DNA of 64,000 bases from Puniceicoccaceae bacterium (GTDB taxonomy: Bacteria > Verrucomicrobiota > Verrucomicrobiia > Opitutales > Oceanipulchritudinaceae), in assembly GCA_040830765.1 (NCBI GenBank), contig JBFOMH010000019.1, positions 32,001 through 96,000 of the forward strand. The letters are read 5' to 3'. Position numbers and translations under genes: made by a program. Below the pieces are notes generated by a model. It saw only the letters and a list, made by a program, of their open reading frames with translations. It did not search any database and was not told the origin of the DNA. Of the stretch, positions 38,890 through 47,948 are shown piece after piece (positions within the stretch are counted from its first letter, which is position 1; the number at the start of each line of letters is the position of its first letter).

Positions 38890-39765
38890 ATGAAGAAAAC
38901 CTACTTACTTATACTCCCTCTTATTCTCCCAGCCCTAACCTTTTCCCAACCGGTCCAGTTGTGGGAGTTCAACGACGCGGCGGGAACCATCCTTGAAGAA
39001 ACAGTGAATACCGGGACTCCCGGGTCGGCTGTCTGGAGCGCTGGATTCGGAGCCAGCACAACGAATGGAAGTGGCCTGTTCATCATCAATGATGCGGACG
39101 GCAATGCCTTCAAGACAGCCCCGATGGGAACCGGCGAGGGCATGTTGACCTATGAATTCATCATTCACTCATGGGACCTTGATGAACAGAATGATCCGGC
39201 AGCCCAATCCTTCCGCAATTTCGGGGTTCGACTTCGGGATAATGGTGCGGGCAGCAATGTTATGAATTTCCAGGTCCAACAGCAGGGAAATGGCAACCTG
39301 CGCTTTCGCATTTCCGACAACAACGGCATAACCAACCAGGTCGTTGGTGCTTATGACGGATTGCCGATGGTCAGCACAACTATTTACACGGTCCAGTTGA
39401 TGATTGATACGGCAACAGGTGCATGGACGCTTAATATCAATAATGATACGGCGATCGCGTCCGGCACGGCCATAGTCGGCAACCTAGACACGCTGAATTT
39501 CTATAAACAGGGTGCATACGGTGGTGGTTCCACCCCAGATTTTGTCGCCATTGAAGAGATTTCCCTGAGTGGGCCAGTGGCCAGTGTGACGTGGGCCGGC
39601 TACGATGTCGACGACCTGGGCTGGGCCAATACAACGCCGTGGCTCGGTTTCGTGAATGTCCTTGCTGATCCCTGGATCTGGTCGGCCAGCATCAACAACT
39701 GGATGTACATGCCGGAAGAAGGCGTGGGCGAAGGCGGCAGTTGGGCCTACGTTCTTGGCCAATAG
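38890..39765 (+). CDS. Secreted beta-rich protein with Trp-rich C-terminal module
   Basis: Signal peptide MKKTYLLILPLILPALTFS; body aligns by eye with the PEP-CTERM protein at 53938..54747; C-terminus aligns with that of the GH10. Confidence 0.8.
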   Translation: MKKTYLLILPLILPALTFSQPVQLWEFNDAAGTILEETVNTGTPGSAVWSAGFGASTTNGSGLFIINDADGNAFKTAPMGTGEGMLTYEFIIHSWDLDEQNDPAAQSFRNFGVRLRDNGAGSNVMNFQVQQQGNGNLRFRISDNNGITNQVVGAYDGLPMVSTTIYTVQLMIDTATGAWTLNINNDTAIASGTAIVGNLDTLNFYKQGAYGGGSTPDFVAIEEISLSGPVASVTWAGYDVDDLGWANTTPWLGFVNVLADPWIWSASINNWMYMPEEGVGEGGSWAYVLGQ

Positions 39766-39810
39766 ACTTTTGTTTGGTTAGGGGTGGATTCCACCCTGGG
39801 TTTTTGGACT

Positions 39811-39842
39811 AGGCCCGCCCTTCATGGGGGCGGGCCTTTTTT
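39811..39842 (+). terminator. Rho-independent terminator
   Basis: AGGCCCGCCC-TTCATG-GGGGCGGGCCT hairpin followed by a T run, between convergent genes. Confidence 0.85.
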
Positions 39843-39856
39843 CACCAAATGAGATT

Positions 39857-41707
39857 TCAGGTCCCCACCCGGTCGAGGGCGCGAGCCTCTGTCTCGCGGC
39901 GGAACTGCCGGGTATAGAGGGCGAAATAGTGCCCCTTGGCGGCGATAAGCTCTGAATGGGAGCCCATCTCGATAATTTTCCCCTTGTCGATGACGAGAAT
40001 CCGGTCGGCGGAGCGGATGGTGGAGAGCCGGTGGGCGATGACGAAACTGATCCGCCCGCGAAGAATGGTGTGGAGGCCCTTCTGGATGAGGGCTTCGGTC
40101 TCGGTATCGATGGAGGAAGTGGCCTCGTCCATGATGAATATCTGCGGATTGGCGAGGATCGCCCGGGCAAAGGAGACCAGCTGCTTCTGTCCGGTGGAGA
40201 GGCGGTTACCGCCCTCCCCGACCGAGGTATCGTATCCGTTTTCGAGCTTGGAGATGAACCCGTGGGCATTGACCATGCGGGCGGCCTGCTCGACTTCCTC
40301 CATGGAGGCGTTGAGGCGTCCGTAGCGGATATTCTCGAGCACGGTCCCGGCGAAGAGGTGCGGTGACTGCAGGACGATTCCCAGGTTGGACTGGTACCAT
40401 TCGAGGGAACGCTCACGGTATTCCACATCATCGATGAAGATGCCTCCCTTGGTGGGTTCATAGAACCGGGCCAGGAGGTTGACGATGGTGCTTTTACCGC
40501 CCCCGCTGGCCCCGACCAGGGCAATCGTTTCGCCCGGATTGACCGCGAGGCTGAAGCCTTCGAGGACCGGTTCGTTGTCCTCGTAACTGAAGGAGACATC
40601 GCGGAAATCAATCCGCTGGATTTGCGCCGGATAGCCATCCGGGGCCATGCCCGGACTGCCCTGGGCGTTGCTGTTGGCCTCTAGGCGCTTGAGGACATGT
40701 TCGCTGTCCGTAATCCCGGGTTCGGTGGCGAGAAGGCTGAGGACGCGCTCCCCAGCGGCCTGGGCACCCTGTAACTGGACAAGGATTGAGGCGATCTGGT
40801 TGATCGGCTCGAAGAATTGCCCGGCATAGAATATGAAGGCGATCAAGGTCCCGAGGGTCACCGCACCGGCAAGGTGGTCGACCCCGCCAATCCAGAGGAC
40901 GGTCCCGGCCGCGACACTCCCGATAGTCAGGACGATCGGCAGGTAGACGGCCGACTGGATGGCGTTGAGTACCGAATAGTCGTACATCTTGTCTGACAGG
41001 ACCTGGAATTCCTTCAGGTTGGCCTTTTCGCGGACAAAGGTCTTGGTGGTCTTCAATCCCTGGATGCCCTCACTGAAAGCCGCCGTGATGAAGGAGTTGT
41101 ACTTTCGGGTCTTGCGCGAGCTCAGGAGGAGCCGCTTCTGGAACCAGGAGCTGATAACGACCAGTGGTGGGACCACCCCGAGCACAATCAGGCCCAGTTT
41201 GAGATTGAGGACCAGCAGGATGACCGAGATGGCGAGGATGAGACTGGAGGCCCAGACAAGGTCAAGGAGGCTCCAGGCAATGACCCGTGAAAGCTTGTCG
41301 CAATCACTGGTCAGCCGGGAGATCAGCCAGCCGGTTGGGCGGTGGTCAAAGTAGGCAAACTCCAACTCCTGGATGCGGGTAAAGGTGGCCCGGCGAATAT
41401 CATGGCTCATGTGGTGACTGAGGCCACCCGCGAGATTGATGAAGGCCCAGACCCCGAAGGCGAGCAGGGCCGCGAGGCCCATGTAGGCGCCCACATAGGG
41501 CAACGGATTGAAGCCCTGTTCCATATTGGTGACATCGTCCACCGCCCAGCGGGTAACGAGCGCAAAACTGGCATCACAGACTGCGATCGCCACAGCGGCA
41601 ACCCCCAGCAGGATCATCATCCGCTTGTAGGGCATGGCATGTCGCAGCACCTGGCCCCAGAGCTTCAGGTCCAGCCGATCGTGAAAGGTTTCTTCTTCAA
41701 GATGCAT
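39857..41707 (-). CDS. ABC exporter, fused TMD-NBD subunit
   Basis: Walker A GASGGGKST, signature LSTGQKQ, MDEATSSIDT and IAHRLST motifs. Confidence 0.93.
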   Translation of the reverse strand: MHLEEETFHDRLDLKLWGQVLRHAMPYKRMMILLGVAAVAIAVCDASFALVTRWAVDDVTNMEQGFNPLPYVGAYMGLAALLAFGVWAFINLAGGLSHHMSHDIRRATFTRIQELEFAYFDHRPTGWLISRLTSDCDKLSRVIAWSLLDLVWASSLILAISVILLVLNLKLGLIVLGVVPPLVVISSWFQKRLLLSSRKTRKYNSFITAAFSEGIQGLKTTKTFVREKANLKEFQVLSDKMYDYSVLNAIQSAVYLPIVLTIGSVAAGTVLWIGGVDHLAGAVTLGTLIAFIFYAGQFFEPINQIASILVQLQGAQAAGERVLSLLATEPGITDSEHVLKRLEANSNAQGSPGMAPDGYPAQIQRIDFRDVSFSYEDNEPVLEGFSLAVNPGETIALVGASGGGKSTIVNLLARFYEPTKGGIFIDDVEYRERSLEWYQSNLGIVLQSPHLFAGTVLENIRYGRLNASMEEVEQAARMVNAHGFISKLENGYDTSVGEGGNRLSTGQKQLVSFARAILANPQIFIMDEATSSIDTETEALIQKGLHTILRGRISFVIAHRLSTIRSADRILVIDKGKIIEMGSHSELIAAKGHYFALYTRQFRRETEARALDRVGT

Positions 41708-41710
41708 GAC

Positions 41711-43564
41711 TCAGGTTCCTTGTGGTGCCGAAGTGGCAACGGTTGGAGTGGGATCATCCCCCTTGTTCTGGATGTGCCAGAGCCGCCGGTACAATCCATC
41801 GCTGGCGCACAATTCCTCGTGAGTGCCGCTCTGGATGATGCGGCCGTTGTCCATGACAATCACCTTGTCGGCGTGGGCCAGCGTGGACAACCGGTGGGCA
41901 ATGACCAGTGTCGTCATTTTTCCATGACGTTTCTTGAGGGCGTCGATAATGATTTCCTCCGTCTCCGTGTCGACGGCACTGAGGGCGTCGTCCAATAGGA
42001 GGACCGGTGCCTCCCGCAGGAGGGCCCGGGCCAGGGCCACCCGCTGGCGCTGACCGCCCGACAGGGTAACGCCACGCTCGCCGACCATTGTCTCGTAACC
42101 GGAGGGAAACCGGTCGATGGTTTCGTGGATATGCGCCATTTGGGCAACACGGCTAATCTCCTCCTCGTCCGCCGAGGGGCGGCCGATGCGGATGTTTTCG
42201 ATGATCGACTTGGAAAAGAGGAAAGGCTCCTGCATTACAGTGGCGAACTGGTGCCGGGCCCATTTCCGGTCCAGGTCCTTCATCTCGGTTCCATCAAAGC
42301 GCAGGCTACCGGACTGGTAGTCATAGAGACGCAGAAGCAAATGGATGAGCGTCGACTTGCCGGATCCGGAAGGCCCGAGGATGGCCAGGGTCTGGCCGGG
42401 AAGGACCTCAAAGGAAACTTCCTGCAGGGCGACCTGACCGTCATTATGGGAGAATGTCACGTTTTCCGCGACGATGTGACCCGCGCCGGCCGGCTCGTCT
42501 ACTTCGCCGGTACGCCCTTCCTCGGGTTGCTCGAGGATGTCCTGGATTCGACCAATGGCCACGATCGACTTCCCCAGCTCGGTCAGGGTCCGGCCCATCT
42601 GGCGAACCGGCCAAAGGACAAGATTGAGCAGCATAATGAAGGCAAACAGGGTGCCTACCGTCAGCTCCCCGGCTGAAATGAAATAGATGCCCAGACCAAG
42701 CACGATGGCGTTCTGGGTCAGGGCAATCATGTCGGAAATTGACCAGTAGATGGCCATCAGGCTGATCAGGCGCAAACCCAGGTCGCGGTATTCCTGATTC
42801 GGTCCACTAAACTTCTCGATCTCGAAATCCTGTTGCCGGAATGCCCGGACAACGCGCAAACCGGTCAGGTTCTCCTGGACCACGGACGTCACCTTGCCCT
42901 CCGCTTCGTCAAAGCGCTGGAAGAGGTGCCTCACCCGCTTGATATAGAAATAGCCGAAGGCAATGATCGGACCGATGAGGATAAAGCTCGCCAGCGCCAT
43001 GTGGAAGTCCAGCAGGAACATCAGCGGAATGGCTGTGCCCATGAGGATGAGGGCATGGCTCACGTCGACCACCTGGTTGTTGATGGCCAGGCGGAGGGTC
43101 TCCACATCGCTAGTACAGCGCTGAACAAGGTCACCTGTCTCGGCCTCGTCGTGGAAGCGCATCGGCAACTCCTGCAGGTGAGAGTAGAGTCGGTTCTTCA
43201 GCTTCCGGGCAATGCCATCCGCCGCTTCAGCCGCCAGCTTGCCCTTGAAGAAGTTGAAAATGCCGGCAAATAACGTCAGGCCAATCATCAGCAGGCCGGC
43301 CAGCCAGAGGTTCTGCGCCAGCCAGGACTGCTCAACGAAGCGCTCAAAGAACTGGACAATCCGGCTGCTGCCGTTCCCGCTCTCAAGCGCGTAGTCGATG
43401 GTCCCGCTGGCGACCAGGGGAACAAGGAACCGAAGTCCCGTCCCGGCCAGCATCGCGGCAATAGCAAGCGCGAACCGGCCCCGGTAGCCGGTCATCAAGG
43501 ACCACGCAATCCGTACCGCTTCGGCGGCCGGTCGCATTGGTTTGTTCTGTTGATTGTCTTGCAT
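41711..43564 (-). CDS. ABC exporter, fused TMD-NBD subunit (degenerate Walker B)
   Basis: GPSGSGKST, LSGGQRQR, LLLDDALSAVD (D in place of the catalytic E) and IAHRLST motifs; heterodimer partner of the downstream gene. Confidence 0.93.
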   Translation of the reverse strand: MQDNQQNKPMRPAAEAVRIAWSLMTGYRGRFALAIAAMLAGTGLRFLVPLVASGTIDYALESGNGSSRIVQFFERFVEQSWLAQNLWLAGLLMIGLTLFAGIFNFFKGKLAAEAADGIARKLKNRLYSHLQELPMRFHDEAETGDLVQRCTSDVETLRLAINNQVVDVSHALILMGTAIPLMFLLDFHMALASFILIGPIIAFGYFYIKRVRHLFQRFDEAEGKVTSVVQENLTGLRVVRAFRQQDFEIEKFSGPNQEYRDLGLRLISLMAIYWSISDMIALTQNAIVLGLGIYFISAGELTVGTLFAFIMLLNLVLWPVRQMGRTLTELGKSIVAIGRIQDILEQPEEGRTGEVDEPAGAGHIVAENVTFSHNDGQVALQEVSFEVLPGQTLAILGPSGSGKSTLIHLLLRLYDYQSGSLRFDGTEMKDLDRKWARHQFATVMQEPFLFSKSIIENIRIGRPSADEEEISRVAQMAHIHETIDRFPSGYETMVGERGVTLSGGQRQRVALARALLREAPVLLLDDALSAVDTETEEIIIDALKKRHGKMTTLVIAHRLSTLAHADKVIVMDNGRIIQSGTHEELCASDGLYRRLWHIQNKGDDPTPTVATSAPQGT

Positions 43565-43575
43565 TGCTTGAAATG

Positions 43576-43601
43576 AAAAATCCCGCTGTGGAGCGGGATT
43601 T
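43576..43601 (-). terminator. Terminator-like hairpin immediately upstream of the ABC start codon
   Basis: Minus strand AAATCCCGCT-CCAC-AGCGGGATTT then TT, ending 12 nt before ATG 43564. Confidence 0.65.
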
Positions 43602-43605
43602 CCGG

Positions 43606-43639
43606 AAAACAAAAAGGCCCGCTCTGTTCAGGCGGGCCC
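43606..43639 (-). terminator. Attenuator terminator in the ABC operon leader
   Basis: Minus strand GGCCCGC-CTGAACAGA-GCGGGCC followed by TTTTTGTTTT. Confidence 0.8.
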
Positions 43640-43668
43640 ACAAAAAAGGGATATCCTATGAATAAGGA

Positions 43669-43734
43669 TTAGGCCACGCCATGCCTCCGCATCGTGGAGG
43701 CGCAAAGAATACTATGGATGACCGGCTTGCTCAT
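43669..43734 (-). CDS. Putative 21-aa leader peptide MSKPVIHSILCASTMRRHGVA
   Basis: ATG 43734 to TAA 43669; its last codons (GGCGTGGCC) are complementary to the 5' arm of the downstream terminator. Confidence 0.55.
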   Translation of the reverse strand: MSKPVIHSILCASTMRRHGVA

Positions 43735-43831
43735 GAAAAATTTCCCGTGGTTAATTCGTTCTTATAAAGATATGCCCCCGGGGTACCTTGGTTGGCAAGC
43801 CGAATTATCAAAAATTACCCCCGGCGTAGGC

Positions 43832-44449
43832 TCATTGTAGTCCAGCCATACCTTTGCGGATGCGGTTGACGATGGTGTAGAGCAACAAGGCGATGGCCGC
43901 GCAGAGCACCCAGTTAAACCAGCCAGCCAATCCAAAGCCAATGGCTGCCAGGAAACCGGTTACGCCCCAGAAAAGGGCCCGATCACTTTTGCCCATTGGA
44001 CCATCGTAGCGGCGTTCACCACCCAGGGCTTGCAGAATCAGGCCGGTGAATTCAGTCAGGATGGCCAGGATGACAAACACCACCACCAGCAACGGCGACA
44101 TCGCGGGATGGGCCACGAAGGGCAGGTAGAGGCAGGTGTCGCTGATCACATCACCCAGCTCGTTTAGCACACCGCCCAGATCCGACTTCTGCCCGTGCTC
44201 CCGGGCCAGCATGCCATCAATGGCATTCAGGGCCATCCGGATGAACAAGACAACCGGCAAGCCTATCAAGGCCGCGGGGTTCGTCGGCTGGAGGTATAGC
44301 CAGAGTCCCTCAAGGGCCGACAAAATGACCGCGAAGATTGTCACTTGATTGGCGGTCACCCCATTCCGGGCAAGGAACCGGGTTATCGGCCTGAGTAAAT
44401 TCTGAAAGGCCGGTTTCAGTTGGTAGACAGTCGGGATTTTCATGGCCAT
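43832..44449 (-). CDS. CDP-alcohol phosphatidyltransferase (YnbA-like)
   Basis: YQLKPAFQNLLRP, ANQVT, NAIDGMLAR, LNELGDVISD and GPMGKSDRA motifs. Confidence 0.9.
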   Translation of the reverse strand: MAMKIPTVYQLKPAFQNLLRPITRFLARNGVTANQVTIFAVILSALEGLWLYLQPTNPAALIGLPVVLFIRMALNAIDGMLAREHGQKSDLGGVLNELGDVISDTCLYLPFVAHPAMSPLLVVVFVILAILTEFTGLILQALGGERRYDGPMGKSDRALFWGVTGFLAAIGFGLAGWFNWVLCAAIALLLYTIVNRIRKGMAGLQ

Positions 44450-45399
44450 CAGGTAAAGTAGAAGCGCACCAGATGGAAAAAGATCGGTGCCGAGAAGCAG
44501 AGCGAGTCGACCCGGTCAAGCATACCCCCGTGTCCGCCAAGGACCCGCCCATAATCCTTGACGCCGCGGTCGCGCTTGATGGCGGACATGATGAGCCCTC
44601 CCCAGAAGCCGAACAGGCAAATCATGAAGGACATGACCGCAGCCTCCCACCATGTACCAGGAGTCGCCCACCAGAGGAGCGTACCTAGAAGGGTTGCTGA
44701 ACCAACCCCACCAATAAAGCCCTCCCATGTCTTGCTCGGTGACAGGATGGGGACTATGGGCGTCTTTCCGAGGAGCTTCCCGAAGACATACTGCAAGACA
44801 TCGCTGGCCTGCACGACAATGACAAAGAAGAGGAGCAACTTGCTGTTGGACCCGGGATAATCGGGAAAGTCCAGAATCAGAAGTGCGGGGACATGGCTGA
44901 TGAAATATACGCACAGAAGCACTGCCCATTGGATCTCGGAGGACCGCTCCATGAAGTCCTCCACATCGTTGCCGACGGCAGACAACATCGGAATAAAGGC
45001 CAGTACCCAAACAGGAATAAAGATGACAAAAAAGCCATACCACTCAATCCAGATGAGCAGGTAGTTGATTGGGATGACGAGAAAGAAAGCCAGGGCGAGG
45101 GTGTTGTAGTCAGTTGGCCGGGTTGGGGTCAGGGTGACGAACTCCCGCATGGCCAGAAAGGAGATCAGCGCAAACAGGATGATCGTTCCAGTGGGTTCAT
45201 AAATGATCGCGATGGTGAAGATGATCACCATGGCCCACCAGGCTCGTACACGCGAAGCGAGGTTTTTCAGGACCGGGCTTTCCCTGCCCCTGGCCCGGCG
45301 GCACAGGATAGAGGTTATAAGTGAGGCAACCGAGAGGAAAACCAACACTCCGCCAACCAGGTAATGTATTCCAGGATCATACATGACAGGTTCAATCAC
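44449..45399 (-). CDS. Phosphatidate cytidylyltransferase (CdsA/YnbB-like)
   Basis: SDVLQYVFGKLLG, SPSKTWEG, SAIKRDRGVKDYG and GHGGMLDRVDS motifs. Confidence 0.92.
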   Translation of the reverse strand: MIEPVMYDPGIHYLVGGVLVFLSVASLITSILCRRARGRESPVLKNLASRVRAWWAMVIIFTIAIIYEPTGTIILFALISFLAMREFVTLTPTRPTDYNTLALAFFLVIPINYLLIWIEWYGFFVIFIPVWVLAFIPMLSAVGNDVEDFMERSSEIQWAVLLCVYFISHVPALLILDFPDYPGSNSKLLLFFVIVVQASDVLQYVFGKLLGKTPIVPILSPSKTWEGFIGGVGSATLLGTLLWWATPGTWWEAAVMSFMICLFGFWGGLIMSAIKRDRGVKDYGRVLGGHGGMLDRVDSLCFSAPIFFHLVRFYFT

Positions 45400-46009
45400 T
45401 CAGTTCGAGAAGCGCATCCCGGGCATGCGCGAGAAATTCGTCCCGCTTCCCGTGCAAAGCCTTGAATGGAAGGGGTTCACCGAAGGTAATCCGGCTAATC
45501 AGGGGAATCGGGAAAAACTTCCCCTTGGGCATCATCCGGTTGAGGTTTTCCAGGTAGATCGGAATCATGGGGACCTGCGGACACACCTCTGCGATGTGAA
45601 AGAGCCCGCTCTTGAATCTGGCCGGCTCCATGCCAGTCTGACGGGTCCCTTCCGGAAATACGATCAGGGAAGTACCGCCCTCCAGCACCTTGCGCATCTG
45701 TTCAACTGGATTGTTCGCCCGTGTGATGCGTCGTCGCTCGATGAGCAAAGCGTTGAATACATCACATCCAAGGAAACGCGTCATCCGGTTGCGAACCCAG
45801 TAGTCCTTACCCGCTACCGGCCGCGTGTTCAGTCGCTCCTTATGTGGCAGGACCGACCAGATAAGCGTAAAATCCATGTGCGAGGTATGGTTGGCGTAGT
45901 ATACTTTCGGTCCTGGGGGCAGTTCCTCGCCGTGAATCGGCCGGACCCCGCAGATCACCCGGATGGTGGCTGCCGTTACCTTGAGGGCCAGTCGCTTGAA
46001 ATCCGCCAT
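45392..46009 (-). CDS. Lysophospholipid acyltransferase (PlsC family)
   Basis: ANHTSHMD, FPEGTR and FKSG motifs. Confidence 0.92.
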   Translation of the reverse strand: MADFKRLALKVTAATIRVICGVRPIHGEELPPGPKVYYANHTSHMDFTLIWSVLPHKERLNTRPVAGKDYWVRNRMTRFLGCDVFNALLIERRRITRANNPVEQMRKVLEGGTSLIVFPEGTRQTGMEPARFKSGLFHIAEVCPQVPMIPIYLENLNRMMPKGKFFPIPLISRITFGEPLPFKALHGKRDEFLAHARDALLELSD

Positions 46010-46136
46010 TATCAAGCATAATGGCATAGAGCAGCCACCTGAGAAAGCAATTATTTTACAGTTATTCCCAGCCCCGGAATTTGTTCGCCTTGGTCCTCAC
46101 GGTCGCTAAACTGTGGATTGGAAAGGAGGGGATTGT

Positions 46137-46505
46137 ATGATTAGCAAGTTTGAAGGCTTGCCGGAGAATGTGGCTGCCTATCGCGCTTCGGGAGAAGTGA
46201 CGCGGGAAGACTACGAAAAAACCCTGATTCCGGACGTCGAGGACAAGCTGGAACACCATGAAAAAATCCGGCTGCTCTATTATCTGGGTCCGGAATTCAA
46301 GGGATTCACGGCCGGAGCCATGTGGGACGACACCAAGGTCGGCCTGAAGCACATCGGTTCATGGGACAAGGTGGCGATGGTGACCGATGTCCCGTGGTTG
46401 CGGAATACCGTCAAGTGCCTTGGTTTTGTCATTCCAGGGAAGGTGAAAATCTTCCACAACGCGGAGCTGGATCAGGCCAAGGACTGGATAACCAGTCACA
46501 ACTAG
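46137..46505 (+). CDS. STAS/SEC14 (SpoIIAA-like) domain protein
   Basis: ASGEVTREDYE, AMWDD, KVAMVTDVPW and AKDWI motifs; AGGAGG RBS. Confidence 0.85.
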   Translation: MISKFEGLPENVAAYRASGEVTREDYEKTLIPDVEDKLEHHEKIRLLYYLGPEFKGFTAGAMWDDTKVGLKHIGSWDKVAMVTDVPWLRNTVKCLGFVIPGKVKIFHNAELDQAKDWITSHN

Positions 46506-46550
46506 AGTCCGATCCGCCAGGGAAACCTACGAGTCTAAACAAGCGGGCAA

Positions 46551-47312
46551 TCAGTCCCGCAGCTCAACTCCGACCGGACAATGGTCGGAGCCCAGGACAT
46601 GTTGGCGGATGAAGGCTCCCTGCAGCCGGTCCTTCATCTCCATGGAGGCGCAAAAGTAATCGATCCGCCAGCCAACATTGCGGGAGCGGGCACCCGCCCG
46701 GTAGCTCCACCATGAATACTGCTGGGGATCCTGGTTGAAATGGCGAAAGGTATCGATGAAACCGGCCTCGAGGTGCTGGCTGAAGGCCTCCCGCTCCTCC
46801 TCGGTAAAGCCTGCGCTCTTCTTGTTGGACTTGGGATTGGCGAGGTCGATCTCCTTGTGGGCGACATTGAGATCACCACCGAAGAGGACTGGCTTTTGTG
46901 CCGCCAGTCCGACGCAATAATCCCGGAATTTCCGGTCCCAGACCTGCGTGCGATATGCCAACCGTGAAAGGTCGCCCTTGGCATTGGGGGTGTAGACGTT
47001 GACCAGATAGAACCCGGGAAACTCCAGTGTCTGGGCCCGTCCCTCGGCATCGCCCTCGGGGCAGCCGATGCCGGTCGTGACTTTCAGGGGCTCGACCCGG
47101 CTGAGGACGAGGGTCCCGGAGTAGCCCTTGCGCTCGGCCGGATTCCAAAAGGCGGTGTATCCGGCGGGCAAGGTCCAGTCCTCCACCTGCTCCGGCGTGG
47201 CCTTGATTTCCTGGAAGCAAAAGACGTCGGCCGCCTCCTCGGCCAGATAGGCATCCAATCCCTTGCCGCGGACAGCCCGGAGCCCGTTGATATTCCATGA
47301 GACCAGCTTCAT
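46551..47312 (-). CDS. xth: Exodeoxyribonuclease III
   Basis: SWNINGLRA, QEIK, GYSGT, GDLNVAH, NVGWRIDY and GSDHCP motifs; ATGA overlap with the SET gene stop. Confidence 0.95.
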   Translation of the reverse strand: MKLVSWNINGLRAVRGKGLDAYLAEEAADVFCFQEIKATPEQVEDWTLPAGYTAFWNPAERKGYSGTLVLSRVEPLKVTTGIGCPEGDAEGRAQTLEFPGFYLVNVYTPNAKGDLSRLAYRTQVWDRKFRDYCVGLAAQKPVLFGGDLNVAHKEIDLANPKSNKKSAGFTEEEREAFSQHLEAGFIDTFRHFNQDPQQYSWWSYRAGARSRNVGWRIDYFCASMEMKDRLQGAFIRQHVLGSDHCPVGVELRD

Positions 47313-47848
47313 TGAGCGCCGGCCTTCTTCTTTTTCAGCTTTTTGAGGCGCTTCTTCAGCTTTTTCCGCTCCGACTCGGCAACGATGTAGCCGACACACT
47401 TGTCGGCCCCGCAGCGGCAGGGATGATCGAGGAAATGCTCGATATCATATCCATAATCAAATGAGATTTCCTCACCCTTCCTGATGTCACGGAGGGCATA
47501 GAGCCAGAGCTCATCCTCCTCGTTGACCATCTCGGCATTGGGCTCGCAGGAGTGGTTGATGAGGCGGGCATCGTTGTAATTCTTGTTACCGTCAAGGTCC
47601 CACTCCTCGTTCAAGTCGAATATATAGACAGCGGCCCCACCCGTCTTTTGCGATTCCTCAAAAAGGGCCAGCCCGCGCCGGTTCGATTCCTCCTTGTCGA
47701 TCTTTTCGCCGACGTACTGGATGATCCGTGTCCCCTCGGGAATCTGTCTCGAGGCAAAGACACCTTGCCCATGAATCGACGACTGACGCACCTCACAGTA
47801 CTTGTTGGACTGCTTGACCGTCTCGGAACCTTTTCCGTAACCTGTCAT
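47309..47848 (-). CDS. SET-domain protein-lysine methyltransferase with post-SET motif
   Basis: SIHGQGVFA, ARLINHSCEPN, GEEISFDY and CRCGADKC motifs; Lys-rich tail. Confidence 0.92.
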   Translation of the reverse strand: MTGYGKGSETVKQSNKYCEVRQSSIHGQGVFASRQIPEGTRIIQYVGEKIDKEESNRRGLALFEESQKTGGAAVYIFDLNEEWDLDGNKNYNDARLINHSCEPNAEMVNEEDELWLYALRDIRKGEEISFDYGYDIEHFLDHPCRCGADKCVGYIVAESERKKLKKRLKKLKKKKAGAQ

Positions 47849-47948
47849 ATCCCATAACGAAAAAGTATCCGCCCGAACACCTGCAATCAAATTCCTGCAC
47901 AAATAACCTTCATTCCCTACCCTTCGTCCTTAGTCCTTTGTCCAAATC

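Noticed and set aside
41990..42010. Walker B 'LLLDD' lacking the catalytic Glu, suggesting an inactive ABC gene
   Set aside because: A degenerate site is normal in one subunit of heterodimeric ABC exporters, and the partner retains DE.
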